A stretch of DNA of 64,000 nt from Eledone cirrhosa (Eukaryota): contig OZ024741.1 in NCBI GenBank assembly GCA_964016885.1, positions 315,146,001-315,210,000 of the forward strand, written 5' to 3'. A program made the position numbers and the translations under genes. The notes under the pieces were generated by a model, which had not been told where the DNA came from, did not search any database, and was given only the letters and a program-made list of their open reading frames with translations. Position 1 is the first letter of the stretch, and each line of letters begins with the position of its first letter. Positions 63,501 to 64,000 of this stretch are shown piece by piece.

Positions 63501-64000
63501 ATGTTATTGTTAATACTGCCGCTGCTGCTGTTGCTATTGCTACAACAGATGTTATTGTTAATACTGCCGCTGGTGCTGTTGCTATTGCTACAACAGATGT
63601 TCTTGTTAATACTACCGCTGCTGCTGTTGCTATTGCTACAACAGATGTTATTGTTAATACTGCAGCTGCTGCTGTTGCTATTGCTGCAACATATGTTATT
63701 ATTAATACTGCCGCTGCTGCTGGTGCTATTGCTACAACAGATGTTATTGTTAATACTGCCGCCGCTGCTGTTGCTATTGCTACAACATATGTTATTGTTA
63801 ATACTGCCGCTGATGCTGTTGCTATTGCTACAACAGATGTTATTGTTAATACTACCGCTGATGCTGTTGCTATTGCTACAACAGATGTTATTATTAATAC
63901 TGCCGCTGCTGCTGTTGCTATTGCTACAACAGATGTTATTGTTAATACTGCCGCTGATGCTGTTGCTATTGCTACAACAGATGTTATTGTTAATACTGCC

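Larger units (their letters stand above)
20551..64000 (-). mobile_element. Tx1 copy 5, whose ORF1 runs into the 48-bp satellite; 5' end not in window
   Basis: AATAAA at 20557-20562, then ORF2 and ORF1 remnants. The ORF1 frame continues without a break into the array. Including the whole array in the element is inference. Confidence 0.65.
25714..64000. repeat. 48-bp tandem satellite, ~800 units, consensus GCTACAACAGATGTTATTGTTAATACTGCCGCTGMTGCTGTTGCTATT
   Basis: Direct reading. The period is strictly 48 bp from 25714 to 51810, and the array continues past the window end. Confidence 0.98.

Noticed and set aside
25714-64000. CRISPR-like array
   Set aside because: The units are contiguous with no unique spacers, there are no cas genes, and the context is eukaryotic.

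Overview
This is repeat-dense eukaryotic (animal) DNA with no recognisable host gene; the SINE resembles octopus/cephalopod SINEs as I recall them, which I have not verified. Bases 1-25.7 kb hold five decayed Tx1/L1-clade LINE copies, all on the minus strand and head-to-tail, one decayed plus-strand R4/Dong-like RLE retrotransposon, three tandem tRNA-derived SINEs and two 5'-truncated SINE fragments. Nearly every junction is an (AAT)n microsatellite. From ~25.7 kb to past the window end lies a >38 kb satellite of ~800 48-bp (16-codon) units. It sits in frame within the Asn/Ser-rich N-terminal region of ORF1 of the fifth Tx1 copy and shows nested higher-order repeats (5, 25 and ~133-158 units). 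Main points: a satellite apparently born inside a LINE ORF1; a shared SINE/Tx1 3' terminus; orientation-fixed (AAT)n junctions without poly(A); and ORF1/ORF2 module swapping among Tx1 copies. The giant ORFs are explained by the repeat's codon structure and are not called as genes.
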